Below, piece by piece: positions 38,885 to 53,060 of a stretch of DNA of 64,000 nucleotides. Under the pieces are notes generated by a model. It did not search any database, had not been told where the DNA came from, and worked only from the letters and a program-made list of their open reading frames with translations. This DNA comes from the human T2T-CHM13v2.0 reference genome, Homo sapiens: the NCBI RefSeq assembly GCF_009914755.1, contig NC_060926.1; one strand, written 5' to 3'. The translations under genes and the position numbers were made by a program. Each line of letters starts with the position of its first letter. Position 1 is the stretch's first letter.

Positions 38885-40257
38885 AGGAACTGAAATCTAG
38901 GCCCGGAGCAGGCTTTTGGTTGAGGTTTGTGGGTAAAGAGTGGAGGCAGTGTTCAGGGAGTGAGCCATGGTCAATGCCAAGGCTCCATCCCGGCAGCTTT
39001 ACTGATTTGCTAAAGCTGCCTTTTGTATCCCCTATTCCACATGCAAAAGCATTTTGTATCTCATGAATGTATGTGCAAACACAAATACACATGCACATAA
39101 TCCACATATGCATACTCAGGGGAAATGGGGCATATTGGATCAAACACAACACGTATTTCCACATTCAAAGAGTTTGCTTTATGCTTTGAGGTTTTTTTTA
39201 GAAGATCCATTCAATAATAACCTCAGGAGTGGAAACTTTTGTTTTACAGGCATCTTTAAGACAAATTCACACAGAGGAGTACCAATAGGCTTTAGCTTTG
39301 GGGAATGCCCTCCTGGCTTTTGGAAACAAGAGTCCTGGCTATTTTGATTAGGAGGCTCAGATTACATTGCTTCCACCCTGATCCCTGGGAACTGAAAGCC
39401 AGCTGCTGTCTTGTCACTAGATAGCATGTCCCCATCAATGACTGCTCTAATGACATAAAAGGGCAGAGAGTGACTGCCTCTCCTGTCTTTTGATTATCTT
39501 GCTCGTAAAAAGAGGCTAAGGGACATGCTTTGCTAAATAATTGGAAAAATGTGTGATGTTCCCCCAACCACTTCATAAAATGTTTGCATCTGTTAGCTAG
39601 CGTCTAGCATTCCAAAACTCCCAGGTACCCTTAATTATAGGATCCAGAGAATTCCAGATGGGAACACCCCACTCCACTGTTTTCTCAACTTTCATCTACA
39701 TGGTAAAGAATGTGCTTTTCCTTATCCAAACCACCAACAGGATAATCTTCGGCATTTTGCTGATTGGTCTGCAAATGTAATCTTCAGTGGCAAAAACCTT
39801 GAAGGGCTGCCTTGAGATTTGAGCATTCAATCAGTCTTAAGAATTTCTTTTGGCAAAAATACTTAGGCTTGGTCAGAACTCGTGGGGCTGCGGTTGGCTC
39901 CGTGTCTCTGAGGCTGGGTATGCCCAGCGGTGTGGTTAAATATCATCAGTGCTGAAGTCTGCCACGGGGTCTGTTGGAGGTAATCATGCTGATGTGATTT
40001 TGAAGAAAGATTAAAGGAAATGGTGCTATTTAGTCTGTAGAACACAAGACTGAAGAGCAACTAGATTCCTGTCTCCAAGTTCAACAGTGTCTGTAACGTT
40101 TAGCACAGCATGGAACTTACCTCAAGATTCTGTAATTGTCTTTTTGCCACTGCACGGGAGGCTTGTGCAAAGTACAGCAGCATTCTCTCACCTCCACGTC
40201 CTTAACAGGCCTGCAAGTGGCTGCTCAGAGGGTGTGTGCCAACTTCAGAATTTGTGA

Positions 40258-40670
<413 letters not shown>

Positions 40671-41190
40671 TAAGCACAAAGTGACTTCTGCGCTACATTT
40701 TTTATCTTCACTTGGTGAAATGATGACCAAGTGAAGATAGAAAATGTAAGTGAGATTTCTGGAAAAGTTGAAAAAACTCTATTCTTGAAAATATTTTAGA
40801 GTTCTTATTCATGCTGAATGCCTAAGTTTATTTACTTTCATCTAGATAGGAGGCTGGGTATGTCAAGTCCTCTCAAAGCTTTAGCCGCCAATGAGTATAA
40901 CTGTAAATAAACTCCATGGTTGGATGAATCTATACTTGTGAAATTTTTGCCTGCAGCTCCATTAAAGACTGAATATAGGACAGGCTCTCAGTCCATCAGT
41001 GGGGACTCTGGGCACTCACTGACAGGCAGCAGGCACTTGGCATCTGAGCCCACACTCTCCCACACAGAGCCAATGGCAGGTGTGACTGGTCCATCACAAT
41101 ACTCCCAATGAGCCCAGGTAGAGCCTCGAAACCCTTCTTGAGCACTTCCAAATAATCAGTGTTACAACATAGGAAGAAACCTATTAGCTA

Positions 41191-41254
41191 TTAGGTTGGT
41201 GCAAAGTAATTGCAGTTTTTTGTCATTACTTTCAATACTTTACATCTAACCTAA
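41191..41254. mobile_element. MADE1 mariner MITE remnant (internally deleted)
   Basis: TTAGGTTGGTGCAAAGTAATTGCAGTTTTTTGTCATTACTTTCAAT...AACCTAA. Confidence 0.8.
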
Positions 41255-41399
41255 TTCTCTATGCTTTTGGAAGAAGGATTTGTTTAGCCCCAGGGATTGG
41301 AAATTGTGCAAGGGAGTAAGTGAATTTATAGAAGGAGGAAAGGGCTCATAGTAATTAACTTTACTAAAATGTTGAAGGGATGGAGAAAGATTTTTGAGT

Positions 41400-42115
41400 C
41401 TCTATGCTTTGGGAATCAGTGAGTGAACAAGTTTGTCTTGGGTGTCTACTACAGCAGGCACTGCACAAGGCATAGGGCAGCAGGGTCCTGACAAGCAGAG
41501 GCCTGGCCTCAAGCTGCTTCCATTCTGTAGTGTGAGACAGACAATAAGCCTATAAACAAGTAAGTGCATGTTATAATTTCAGATTCTTAGAAGTAACATG
41601 AATACAATAAAGGTGGGTTAGAAGGTGGGAACAGAAATAGAATTGTTGTTTTAGCCTGAGCGTGAAAAAGGCCCACTGAGGAGGAGGTGACAAATGAATT
41701 GAAATCTGAATGGTCGTGGGGAGATGGGGAGGAGTGGAGACAGTGGAGTCAGCCATGAAAGGCCAGAAGAGAAGACAATAAACAGAAGAGTGTAGCCAAA
41801 ATCCTGGGAACAAACCGGGAATATCTGAAGAGACAGCAAAAGCCTGAGGCAGCCGATATGGAGCCACTGTTAAGTGGGAGGTGGCGTCCGAGAGATGGGG
41901 AAGGGGGAGCTCAAACAGGGCCCATAGACCCACATGGGCATCTAGTTCTGGGGGCTGTGATACTGTTCACAGCACAGGAGTGATGCGCTATAATTTGCAC
42001 TTTAGAAAAATCACTCTGGTTGCTGTGTGGAAGATAGTCTTAGGGACTGTGGAGGGATCAGACTGAAGAAAGAGAAAGAAGCTGTGGCTGTAGGCAGAGC
42101 AGGAAAAGATGGCAG
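41400..42115 (-). mobile_element. L2 LINE fragment
   Basis: TTTAGAAAAATCACTCTGGTTGCTGTGTGGA and similar L2 motifs; continues after the MLT1 insertion to about 42740. Confidence 0.6.
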
Positions 42116-42116
42116 C

Positions 42117-42508
42117 TCTTATGGGCTGAATTGTGTCCCCTTAAAATTCATATGTTGAGGTCTTTACCCCTAGTACCTCAGGATGTGACTGTATTTATAA
42201 ATAGGGTCTTTAAAGAGATAATTATGTTAAAATGAGGTTCCTGGGGAATGCCCTAATCTAATATGACTGGTGTCCTCATAAGAAGAGGAAATCTGGACAC
42301 GGATATGCACAGGGAGAAGACCATGTGAGGACACAGAGAGAAGGCGGCCACGTATGAGCCAAGGAGAGGGGCCTCAGGAGAAACCAACCCTGACAACACT
42401 TTGATCTTGGACTTCCAGTTCCTCCAGAGCTGTGAGGAAATAAACTTCTGTTATTTAAACCACCTAATCTGTGGTGCTTTGTTATGGCAGCCTGAGCAGA
42501 CTAATACA
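42117..42508 (+). mobile_element. MLT1B-type MaLR solo LTR
   Basis: TATGGGCTGAATTGTGTCCCC...CCTAATCTAATATGACTGGTGTCCTCATAAGAAGAGG...GACTAATACA. Confidence 0.85.
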
Positions 42509-43431
42509 GTGGTGTAGGCTAGGGCCTGTGTCCTAAAGCCAGTGAGACATGACGTAGTCAAATCCAGGATATGTTTTGGAGGAGAGTCAGCAGTTCTTTC
42601 AAATGAATCGGATGTGGGATGTGAGAGAAAGAGGGTAATAAAGGCTACTCCTAGGCCCGAGCATTTGGTGGGTGGCATTGCCATTACAGTGATGGCAGAG
42701 AAATTACAAGTTCTGTTTTGGCCAGGTTAGGTTGAGACACTTCTTTTTGGAGACCTCAGAGAAATCTCATGTGCACCACACCTATACACTTTCAAGGGTT
42801 ACAAGTTTCCTCTCCTCTATCATGAAGCATTCATTCTCCAGCTGAAATGTTGAAGAAACATCAAAAACAGAAAGCTCTCAGTTTCAGGCACAGTCCATTT
42901 GTTACTGTTAGGATGATTGTTAGCAAGTTATTCCTTTGGTTTAGTAGAAATTAGGTTCTTTGTGAATTCCATTCATTAGACTTTATCTGACCACTGGACA
43001 AAACAGAGCAAATCTGCTCTATCACTTAATGGCTTCTAGCAATGACAGACTTGAAAATTAGGACCAACTTTCCTGCTGAAGATAGAGAGTAAAACTGAGC
43101 AAAATGTTTTTAAAAGGCACTGAGATAAAAAAGAATTTCCAGCTGAAGATCCAGGAGAAAATCAAAATCTAGAGAGTCGATTTTGGTAGGGGTTGCTTTT
43201 CCCCAGGAGCAGATGTTGATTGGGGGTGAGAAGTAGGGAGGCTGATCAGTACTTCAGCCTCATGGGGCTGAGGAGACCAGGGTGAAATTCCAGAGCCAGC
43301 CAATGAGTAGTGACAAGGAGCTAGTAAACTCCCCACATTTTATGCTGGCTCCTTAAAGGACTCTGCCCTAGAAATGAAGATGTTTTGGAAATAAACCAGC
43401 CATAATATGCACAGCTTCAAGTCATCTAAAT

Positions 43432-44259
43432 CAGCAGTTCCCAACTTTCTTTGCACGGTGGACCAGTTTCATGGAAGTCAATTTTTCCACAGACCAGGGC
43501 AGGAAAATGGTTTGGGGATGATACAAGCAGATTGCATTTATTCTGCACTTTATTTCTATTATTATTACATTATAATATATAATGAAATAATTATACAACT
43601 CATCATAATGTAGAATCAGTGGGAACCCTGAGCTTGCTTTCCTGCAACTAGGTGGTCCCATTTGGGGGTGATGGAAGACAGTGACAGATATCAGGCTTAG
43701 ATTCTCATAAGGAGGAGGCAGCCTAGATCCCTTACATGTGCAGTTCACAGAAGGATTCACACTCCTATGAGAATCTAATGTCGCTGCTGATCTGACAGGA
43801 GATGGAGCACAGGTGGTAATGTGAGCAACGGGGAGGGGCTGTAAATACAAATGAAACTTCGCTCACTTGCCTGCCACTCACCTCCTGCTGTGGGGCCTGG
43901 TTTCTTTTTTTATGAGATGAGTCTCACTCTTGTTGCCCAGGCTGGAGTGCAGTGGTGCAATCTTGGCTAACTGCAACCTCCGCCTTCCTGGGTTCAAGCG
44001 ATTCTCCTGCCTCCTCTTCCCAAGTAGCTGGGATTACAGGCACCCACCACCACGCCTGGCTAACTTTTTTTGTATTTTTTAGTAGAGACAGAGTTTCACC
44101 ATGTTGGCCAGGCTGGTCTCAAACTCCTCACCTTGTGATCTTCCCGCCTCAGCCTCCCAAAGTGCTGGGATTACAGGGATGAGCCACTGTGCCTGGTGGC
44201 CTTGTATCTAATAGGCCGCAGACCAGTACTGGTCTGTGGCCCAGGGTTGGGGGCCCCTG
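43432..44259 (+). mobile_element. MER1A hAT DNA transposon with Alu insertion
   Basis: CAGCAGTTCCCAAC...GTTGGGGGCCCCTG termini; 8-bp TSD ATCTAAAT/ATCTAACT. Confidence 0.88.
43905..44195 (-). mobile_element. AluS-type element inside MER1A
   Basis: Full antisense Alu. Confidence 0.9.
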
Positions 44260-47200
44260 ATCTAACTAGCCCTTACAATCTCAAGCTATAAAACTGAATT
44301 AAAGTGTTCCCTAATTGTTAGTGCCCTTGGAGTCTGGCAGAACTAACAAAACCCTTTCTGGAGGAAGAGAACGTCATCTTTGGTCTCAACATCTTTTCAC
44401 AAACAATGTTTTAGTACACTGTACAGTACACAATAAAAAGAAAACCAGGTACACAAAGATATAAGGCAAATGATTGATAACCCGTAGAAACAACAAACGA
44501 TAGAATCCTATCCATAGAGTGTCCAGATATTGGAGTTATCAGGTAAAGACTTTTAAATAATCATCCTTTTTATGTTCAAAAAGATAAAAGGCATAATTGA
44601 GAATTTTATTAGAGAAATAAAAATATTCCTTTGGAATACTGTGAAAACTGCTTTTCATGTGCCGGAAGTGACCCCCTCTCCCTACCCCATCCCCCACCAG
44701 GTTCCGGCTGATCACAGTCATTGCTCCAGGTGAAGCATAGGTGGCCCATCAGCTCTCTGAGCAGCTTCTTTAACTACTCAATCTGGCTTACAGCCTGCTC
44801 TCTGGAATCACAGAGCACTTAAAGATGGTATTGTGATCATCCTCCTCTTGTTTGTTTTCTCAGATGAACTGCATGCAATTTGAAGGTGGGGAGATGCTCC
44901 CATGCATTGCATCTTATGCGCTAGTGCATAATATAATGCCTGGTATATGTAACAATTAGGAAACTGGTTTTCAACTTAATGCTGAAAATGTTAAAAGCTA
45001 GAAGGCTGCCGAAATTCAGTGAGGAGGAGAAACGATGAGTGCAAAGAGAGATCGTTTGCAATTCCAGGAAAAGAACAGAAATATCTGAGGTTCATTTTCA
45101 TCAACTGCAGGTTATGGTAAGTCTGCATCAATGCAGGATCTACCTGATTTAAAAGGCCTAGGAAATAATCGTGGATGTGCCTGATGAGTTAGTCACAAGG
45201 ATGCTAACCTCATTATGATTTTGAATATAAGTATTTACTGAATGTAATACTATTTGACTAATTGCATAATCATTATGTGTTGTTATATAATATAATGATA
45301 ACTGATTTGATTGATTAATACATAAAATATTTTAAATATTTTCATTAATTAACATTGAAAATGATTTAAACATCTTACACTAGCAGATAGGTTAAATAAA
45401 TCAAACTGTGTTAATACAGTAGAATAGTATGTACATGCAGTCATTAAAAATGATTATATAACTGTATTTATTGATGTCTGAATATTTTCAGAATGAATAA
45501 TAAAGAATAAAAACCAATATATTGAAATTTGTAAAATAGTACACATAAGTAAAATATAAAGTAGTAAATTAAAAGGGAAAGATACATAGCTTTATGATAG
45601 GATTATAGGTGATTGAATTCTTTTCCTTAACATCTGTATTTTCTGAATGTGTTCAATAGACACAAGAGTTTTGCAAAAAGAAAGAATTACAACTTTAAAA
45701 AGTTTCAGGGTCAGTGCCTACCGTATCTTCCTGTCTACTTTACTGGGTTATTGCAAGACTCAGGTAAGATATATGTGCATGAAAGCACTTTGCAAACAAA
45801 TTTTAAAAATGTTTTTTGAAGCATTGTTGTTAACATTATAAATATGACAAATAATACTTTTGGTGACTTGGTCTCAGGGAAAACAAATCCTGTAATATAA
45901 AGGTGAATGTGCGGCAAGAGCTTGTTGGATTCCTAATGCAGAGCTAAGAAGAAAAATGTAGCCACAGAATAATTGCCAGCTTCTGCTCCCTGAGCCTGCC
46001 ATCTTGTACCAGTGGCTTGGGCAGCAGCCACACACATGCTCCCAGCCAATCTGCAGAGAGAACCTTTTGTGATTCTGTAGACGCCGCTCTTCTGTCACGC
46101 TGACTTCATCTTCAAAGGCCAATCCCTTGGATTTGCTCAAAGATGCATCACTTTAAAAACCTGAGCCCGCTTTACACAGCAGCCTCTCTTCCCTGGATAG
46201 GCTGATCCATGGCTCATTTACGCCAGGGGAAATTTACGCATCTCTTCTCACCAGCTCACTTCAGCCCTTGCTAATTCCCTAATCATATTGAATTATTTGG
46301 AGTTTACTATGTCATCCCTGGTCACCTACAGATTCCCTCACTTCATTACTCCTTGGCAAAACTGTCTTAGGAGGGCTCCCGTGACAGATTTATATTCTGA
46401 GCAACAGACAGGAATGTGTTTCTCTGCTTTTCCTTTGCCTATACCACATAAACATGTCCAGGGACGCTCCTGAGCAGGAGCTGCGGATCAGACCTTGATC
46501 ACAGAGGGGCTCTCATAGAGGAATCTTCTGAAAGAGGAGGTTGAGGCCACTTACCTCAGTGAGTTTTCCATGGAAATGTGAATGCCCACCCAGGGCCTCA
46601 TTCTAGAGAGGTGTGTTTAAACTTCAATGTGCCTTTGATTACCAAAATATCTCATTGTCTTGTATAAACATCTATTAGTTAAATACATCTATTGGAGTCA
46701 CTGATATCTAAAAGAAGCTATTTCAACCTTTAGATTTCAAACAGTACCTTTAGATATGTGCCCACACCCTTTAGCTAGATTTATCACATGGAGAATAGTA
46801 ATCATTGATTAGTAGTTTAGGAGAAATACATGTACGTTGAAAGTTTCCTAGCACATCCTTATAAAATTATTAAGGCTACTAAGGTTGTATGTGGTTACTA
46901 TTTTGTTGTTGTTGTTCCATAGAAAACTCCCTCTTCTTAATTATAAAGAGTATTATTGATGTTGATGTTCTTGCTGCTGTTGTTTCACTCCACCAAAGCT
47001 TGGAATAAGACAAGGTCTTCACCTTGAGGAGTTATAGTCTACTAAGAAATATGGCTATATGAATAAATATGTTATAACATTCCATGACACACATGCCATA
47101 GAATTCTAAAGCATTATGGAACCACAGAGAAAGCAGTAACTAAAGTTACAAACAGTGACTAAAATACCAGCAAGACTTCTACCTGGATAGAAAATACTTG

Positions 47201-47799
47201 TAACAAATCTTAAAGTGTAAGCGGAGTTAGCCCAAATAAGGAGAGAGAGAAGGCAGCCCCAGAAAGAGGAATCATCACAAGAAAATGCATGAAGGAGTCA
47301 AGGGGCAGAATGTTTCTTGAGAAATGTTGAGACATTCCGCTCATTAAGGACAACAGACAGTCAATAGTAGTTTTTGCAAAATAGAGGGATGGGACCAAAT
47401 TCCTTTTCTAGGTCAATAGCTCTGGCATTTGTGTGAAGGTTGCACTGTAGTTAACACGGAGACTGGTGGAAGGAAGAACATTTAGGAAGTGGTTGCAGGA
47501 GAGTGAAAATAAGGACCTAAATTAAGGCCAAACAGTGGGAATGAAGAAGAGAGCTGGATTCAAGCCAAGCTTAGAAGACACACTAGGCAGGACTTGGGGC
47601 TAATTAGAAGCAGAGGAAAGGGGAAAAGGGGCCTAAGATGGCTTAAATAATGAGTAGATCGAACAGGAGGGGCACATTCATTGGCCACTCATTCTGTCCC
47701 AGTCACTATAACTGGACTCAAGAATTCAGGAGAAAGAGACAGCTTGGAGTTTATGTAGTGTGTAAAATTACAGTTATGCTAACTTGGAAATGCCTCATA

Positions 47800-48850
47800 C
47801 AGGTAGTCCTTCTTTGCATGGTAGCACAGGGTTATACAGGTGACTGGAAAGCTGAAATCATGCAAAACAATCTAAGTAATCAATGGGGAAAAATTACATT
47901 TGTTTCACGACCTTTAAACATTTTTATCAAAACATTAAAAACTCTTTACTGTCAGCTATAACTGTATAGAAAAATGAAAAGAAGTTGTATAAGTAACATT
48001 TACTTAATACACTGTAATTTGTACACTTGAAGCATTAATTAAAGTGCTTTCATTTCATTGTAAAAATAAAATCCTATTGAGAGTGCTTGCCTTCTTCTAG
48101 TGAAATAATTTGATACAGGGGATCATCTTTTCTGAGCCTTGGTGAATTTTCCGATTTCTTTAAGTTTGGATCAGTGTCCAACACTTTATCCTTTGTGCCT
48201 TCCATGTTGTGAAATATCTCAGAGCATTCCTTAAATGTGAAGCTCTTTGCTTATGTCACTTCCTCTGGGACATCTTTATCCTTTTTGTAACAGCCACTTT
48301 CCTCATGTATGATGTAAGTCTTCACTAAGTTCCTCTGGTTGCACTTTTACAGTCTCTTGCAAAGTCTCAGTGTCCACATCCCAATGATCAACTATTTTTT
48401 TTTCTTTAATCCCATTTACATTTAACTAAAATTTCATTTCCAGTATTATCACATTTTGGTTTTTTCCTGCACTTTCATCTTTCTTGGCCGATTTCCTCTT
48501 TTGATTATTTATTTTTATCAAATATCGTGTAAGTTTATCATTGGAAAACAAGGAGGTTACACAATTACATGCTTTGCTGTCTGTGCAGTGATGAAACCCC
48601 TTAGACTTTGAAAGAAATGGTATGCATTTCTAATCATGGTCATATCTGCTTTTCACATAATAATTTGTGGAATGATGAAGTAACAATGACGCTTGTATTT
48701 TATGCAATCAGTCACAGCCAATATGTCATAGGAACTAAAATTTGAATTATGTTATTGAATCATGTTATCATGTTATAGGGATTGGTATTATTTAACTAAA
48801 TTGTGGTAACCAAAACCTATGTATGTTGGAGCCATGCAAAGAGAATTGCC
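47800..48850. mobile_element. Tigger-family (TcMar) DNA transposon remnant
   Basis: TA-flanked CAGGTAGTCCTTCTTTGCATGGT and an imperfect inverted copy GCCATGCAAAGAGAATTGCC about 1 kb away. Confidence 0.65.
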
Positions 48851-51800
48851 AAGAGTTACCCAGATAACACAGGAGTGGTTAGGCCTTTGGGAGAAATGAA
48901 AAGTTTTAAGAAGTATGAATTCATCATCAGCATCAACTACTGACCAAGGAGGTCAAGGGAATGAGTCTGGAAATATTTTCTTGTTTTGGCCATTGGTCAT
49001 TGGTCATATAGACAATCTTAGTGGTCAAGTTATGAGGCAACAATCTAATTGAAATAGGTTAAATAGAAAGTCACTGAGAAATTTAATAATATTTTATAAT
49101 AAAAATAATCAACCCTTTTAAAGACATTTTTCAATAAATAAAGGAGGGAGTTAAGATATCAGGATTAAAGGAAGATATTTAACTTTGGAGGTTAAGAACT
49201 TTTGTTTTCTAAATGTGCAGGTATGATTCTAAGAGATTTAGTCAACAACTTCCTGAAATTCAGATGTACCTTATCTATAATTGTTCTCATTTATATAAAT
49301 TCCTATGAGTTTAGTCATTTTAATCAACAAAAAGAAATGAGACCTGGCCTGGCATTTTTTTCTCACCCTCACCATGGATCCCCTTCCTCAGAACTCTTAG
49401 GTTCTTATTTTGCCAACAGAAAGGTCAGCATTGACCAAGAAGGGGGTCATTGTTTTAATTAACTTGATACTTGAACATAACAATAGCATTCTGCCTGTTT
49501 TGAGATAATTCTAGGTGAGTCATTAAGACACTTTTCTAGAATCTGGTAACCTGGAATACCAGAAATCAATTAAAATGAATGCAAAGGTCTCAGTGACGAC
49601 AAAATAGACACCATCAAACCAGAAATAATATGAGATGAAAAATTTATTTACCCTGGACCACTGTTCAATTCCCATTCTCATCACCTCAAATGAGTGATGA
49701 GTTTAAAAGGAACACTCAAAGTCTTTAAAATTTACATATCAACTCTACCACTTAGTAACTGCAAAATTCTAGATAAATTATTGAATATCCCTCATCCATA
49801 AAGTTGCATACCAGTATCTACCTTGTGGAGTTGAGATGAGAATTAGGTGACATTACATAAGAAAAGTCTTGATTATTGTATTGTATTATCTTGGAAGTTA
49901 AACAAAAAAATGTCACTTCCCTTCCCACCGATAAGAATGACAAAATAGAGATTTGAGCCCAGTTCTCAATGCATGCATTAGGATGACAGACCCACATGGA
50001 AATGTCACTGGAAGATCAATGGTTTTAATGCCATTAAAGTTGAAACACATTGCACATGCCCAGATTGTTTCCATAAAATATCTTCACAATAGGTTCCACA
50101 ACAAAACTGGTACAGTCGTCTTATTTTTGTTTGTTTTTCCTCACCTTTAGAGAGTATTCCATCAAGTTCACTTCTGCACACCAGGATTCCAAGGATTTCC
50201 TCATCCAGCTGCTCTCCAATGACATCAGGGCAGCACCGTGCATGGGCACAATCGTGCCCCTAATCTGTTCAGAGGCTCTCCATAGTTGCAACCTTACTCT
50301 GTCCTCACCATAACTACATGACATATTTGCTCACTTATCATCTCCCCACCATCCACTCCATCAAAGATATGCTCATGCAAGTAGGGACTTTGCAGTGTTC
50401 TCTGCTGTACCACAAGGTATGTGGGTGGAATCAATAATGGAATGAGAAACTCTGTAAATAACACAGAACTCTTGTAATGTCTTCCCCATTTGAGAAATCA
50501 AAGCAGAGAGGATTCATGAATTGCCTAAAGCCTAGACTTGACTCACCTGGCTCCTGTTCTAGCGCTTTTCAAAGCTTTAGACTCTCCTCTACCTGAATAA
50601 GGTATTGGGTAGGGCACAATGTGTCAACACCTCCATGCAAGGCCACCAGCTGGAACAAACATAGCCTGCTATGTGGGTGCTGCCTTTAGGCTGGAGACCA
50701 CATCAGGGCTGCTTTGGAGGCTTGTGCCACCCCTAGTGATCACCTTTACCAAGAATGTGCTGGAAGCTAGGGGTGGTTTCTCCTGCCATGGAGGGGAAAG
50801 CCAAAGGCTCAGGATGAAGCGTGGAGAGACTAAATTTCCAAAGGCATAATGGGTGTCTTCTCTACACCCCCTCCGCACCACTATGAAGTATTGCAACTGG
50901 CCCTGTCAGCTTGGTATTTGAAAAAAATGGGTCAGGCAATGGGACTGAATCAATCATAGCAATTTGAAATGTCACTTTGTTCTCCTATCGTGTTTTAATT
51001 TCTTCCATGTTACAACAGATCTTCTCTCCATGCCCAGACTCAATTGAATCCCTCTTTTTGTATTGTTGAAGAAGCTTGGAATAAGATTTCAGGTGCACTA
51101 GTATTTGGACAACTCCCAAAAGCCATCTTTCTGCTCCCCTCAACTCCCCAGCAGTCTCTGCCTCTCTTGCCCATCACCAGAAAAGGCTTTGGAGTTGTTA
51201 CCAGTTTGCAAAACATCTGCTTTTACTATTTGGCATAGTGTGGTGTTGGGGTGACAAGGGATTTGATTGGCCTCCCAGGACTTATTATATTTGATACATT
51301 GTGTGTCAGACTGGGGACCCCTCCCCTCGGTTGTTCCTATGCTCTGTATAACCCTGTGGTTGGTTTGTTGTCAGCTTTCTTTTTCCAGGGCCCAATTCTA
51401 GGGCTAACTGTCCTTTTTCTGCCAGAGCCTCCTGGTCTCACACTCTTTGCCTCTTAATAAATATGAGAAGCTGCCAGCTTCTTTGTTCTTGGTCCTCTTC
51501 TGGGCTTGAGTGGAAGAAGTTGTCCATAAAAGAAACTTCTGATTTACAGACCTTCTCCCCACGCGCAATCGGGGCCAACATTCCTCAGCACCGTGGCCAC
51601 ATGTGTGCTTGGCTGGCCAGATGTCCATCCAGACAGCAGGGGTGGTGGCTCTGGGATGCAGCAAAACCAGCCACTCTGTGGCCTGGAATGCCCTTCTGCT
51701 TCCCCGCCAGCCATCTGTGTCTAAGACGTCCAAATGTTCCTACCCAGCCCAATACTCAACTCATCCAGGAGGCCATGCTAGCCCTCACAATTTCCTCCAT

Positions 51801-51946
51801 CAAATCTAATCACCATGCACATCACTCATCTGGCTCCTGCCTAACTGTCTCCTACATCTCTGGCTAATCTTTTCCATGGTACACAGAAAGGGCCAGCCAG
51901 GGCCTTGGAGTTAGTCACACCTGGGTCCAAACCCCCATTGTACCTT

Positions 51947-52321
51947 GTATCAATTTAATAGGACTGCCATAAAAAAGTGCCACAAACTGGGAGGCATAAA
52001 CAATAGATATTTATTTTCTCATAGTTCTGGAGGCTAGATGTCCGAGATCAAGGTGTTGGCAAGGGTGGCTTCATCCTGGTCTCTCTCTCCTTGCCTTGTA
52101 GCTGGCTCCCTTCTCCATATGCCTTCATACGGTCAACCCTCTGTATGTGTGTGGGTCCAACCTCTTCTTTTTGTAAGAACACCAGTCATACTGGATTAGG
52201 ACCTACCTTACAACCTCATTTTAACATAACGATCTCTATAAAGGCCCTGTACATTCTAAGGTACTGGGGATTCGGACTTCAACAGGTGAATTTTGCGGGA
52301 GGACAAATTCAGTCCATGATA
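51947..52321 (-). mobile_element. MLT1 (A/B/C-type) MaLR LTR inserted in a MIR
   Basis: GACTGCCATAAAAAAGTGCCACAAACTGGG...GTTCTGGAGGCTAG...AGATCAAGGTGTTGGCAAGG. Confidence 0.75.
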
Positions 52322-52904
52322 TACCTTTAGTTAGAGCAGGGGTTTATAACCTGAGGTTAACTTTACCTCATCTATAAAATAGAGTTAAAAATCATTCCTA
52401 GGATTATAAATATTAAACAAAATACTGTAGGTCAAGAATCTGACACTGAATAAAATTCTAGAAGCCTATTTTTTTTCCCACTGTCCCGATACCGCCTTGA
52501 CTCCCCGACCCCACAGCAGGGGCTGTGCATCCTCATGTCAACCAACCAATAGATATTTGTTTCCTGATTTCAGTGAAGACAAATTGAGTAGCCTATTGAT
52601 ATCTGAGTGCCTCCCTCTGCTCCTAATGAAACATAAAAGATGAGGTAACACCGTGCAAGGAAGGCAGGGAGCAGAGTGACTATGGGAGCCAACGCTGGAT
52701 GGAGTCAGCCTTCAGGCAAGTCGCTAAAGCTCCCTCTGCCTCCATTTCTCCTCCATGGAAGAAAGTTAAGAGTAATGCACAGCAGCAGAATTGTTGCATG
52801 GATTACATGAGAAAACTGTCATGTGGCTGGCAGAGTCCTCCATGAATATGGCTGTTACTACTGTTGCTGTCAGGATGTGTTCAGCATTGTCCACAAAGAT
52901 GGGA

Positions 52905-53060
52905 CAAATGTATTATCTCACATATTTGTGACTTTTTTCTAGCAAGAACATTTAAATCTACTCTCAAAGATTTTCAAAATACAACACATTGTCATTCATG
53001 TTAGTCGCCATGTTGTATAACAGACTTCTTGAAGTCATTCCTCATATCCAGCTGAAGTTG
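52905..53060 (-). mobile_element. L1MA-type 3' fragment
   Basis: Antisense of AGGAATGACTTCAAG...ACAACATGG...TTGAAAATC...GAGTAGATTTAAA. Confidence 0.7.
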
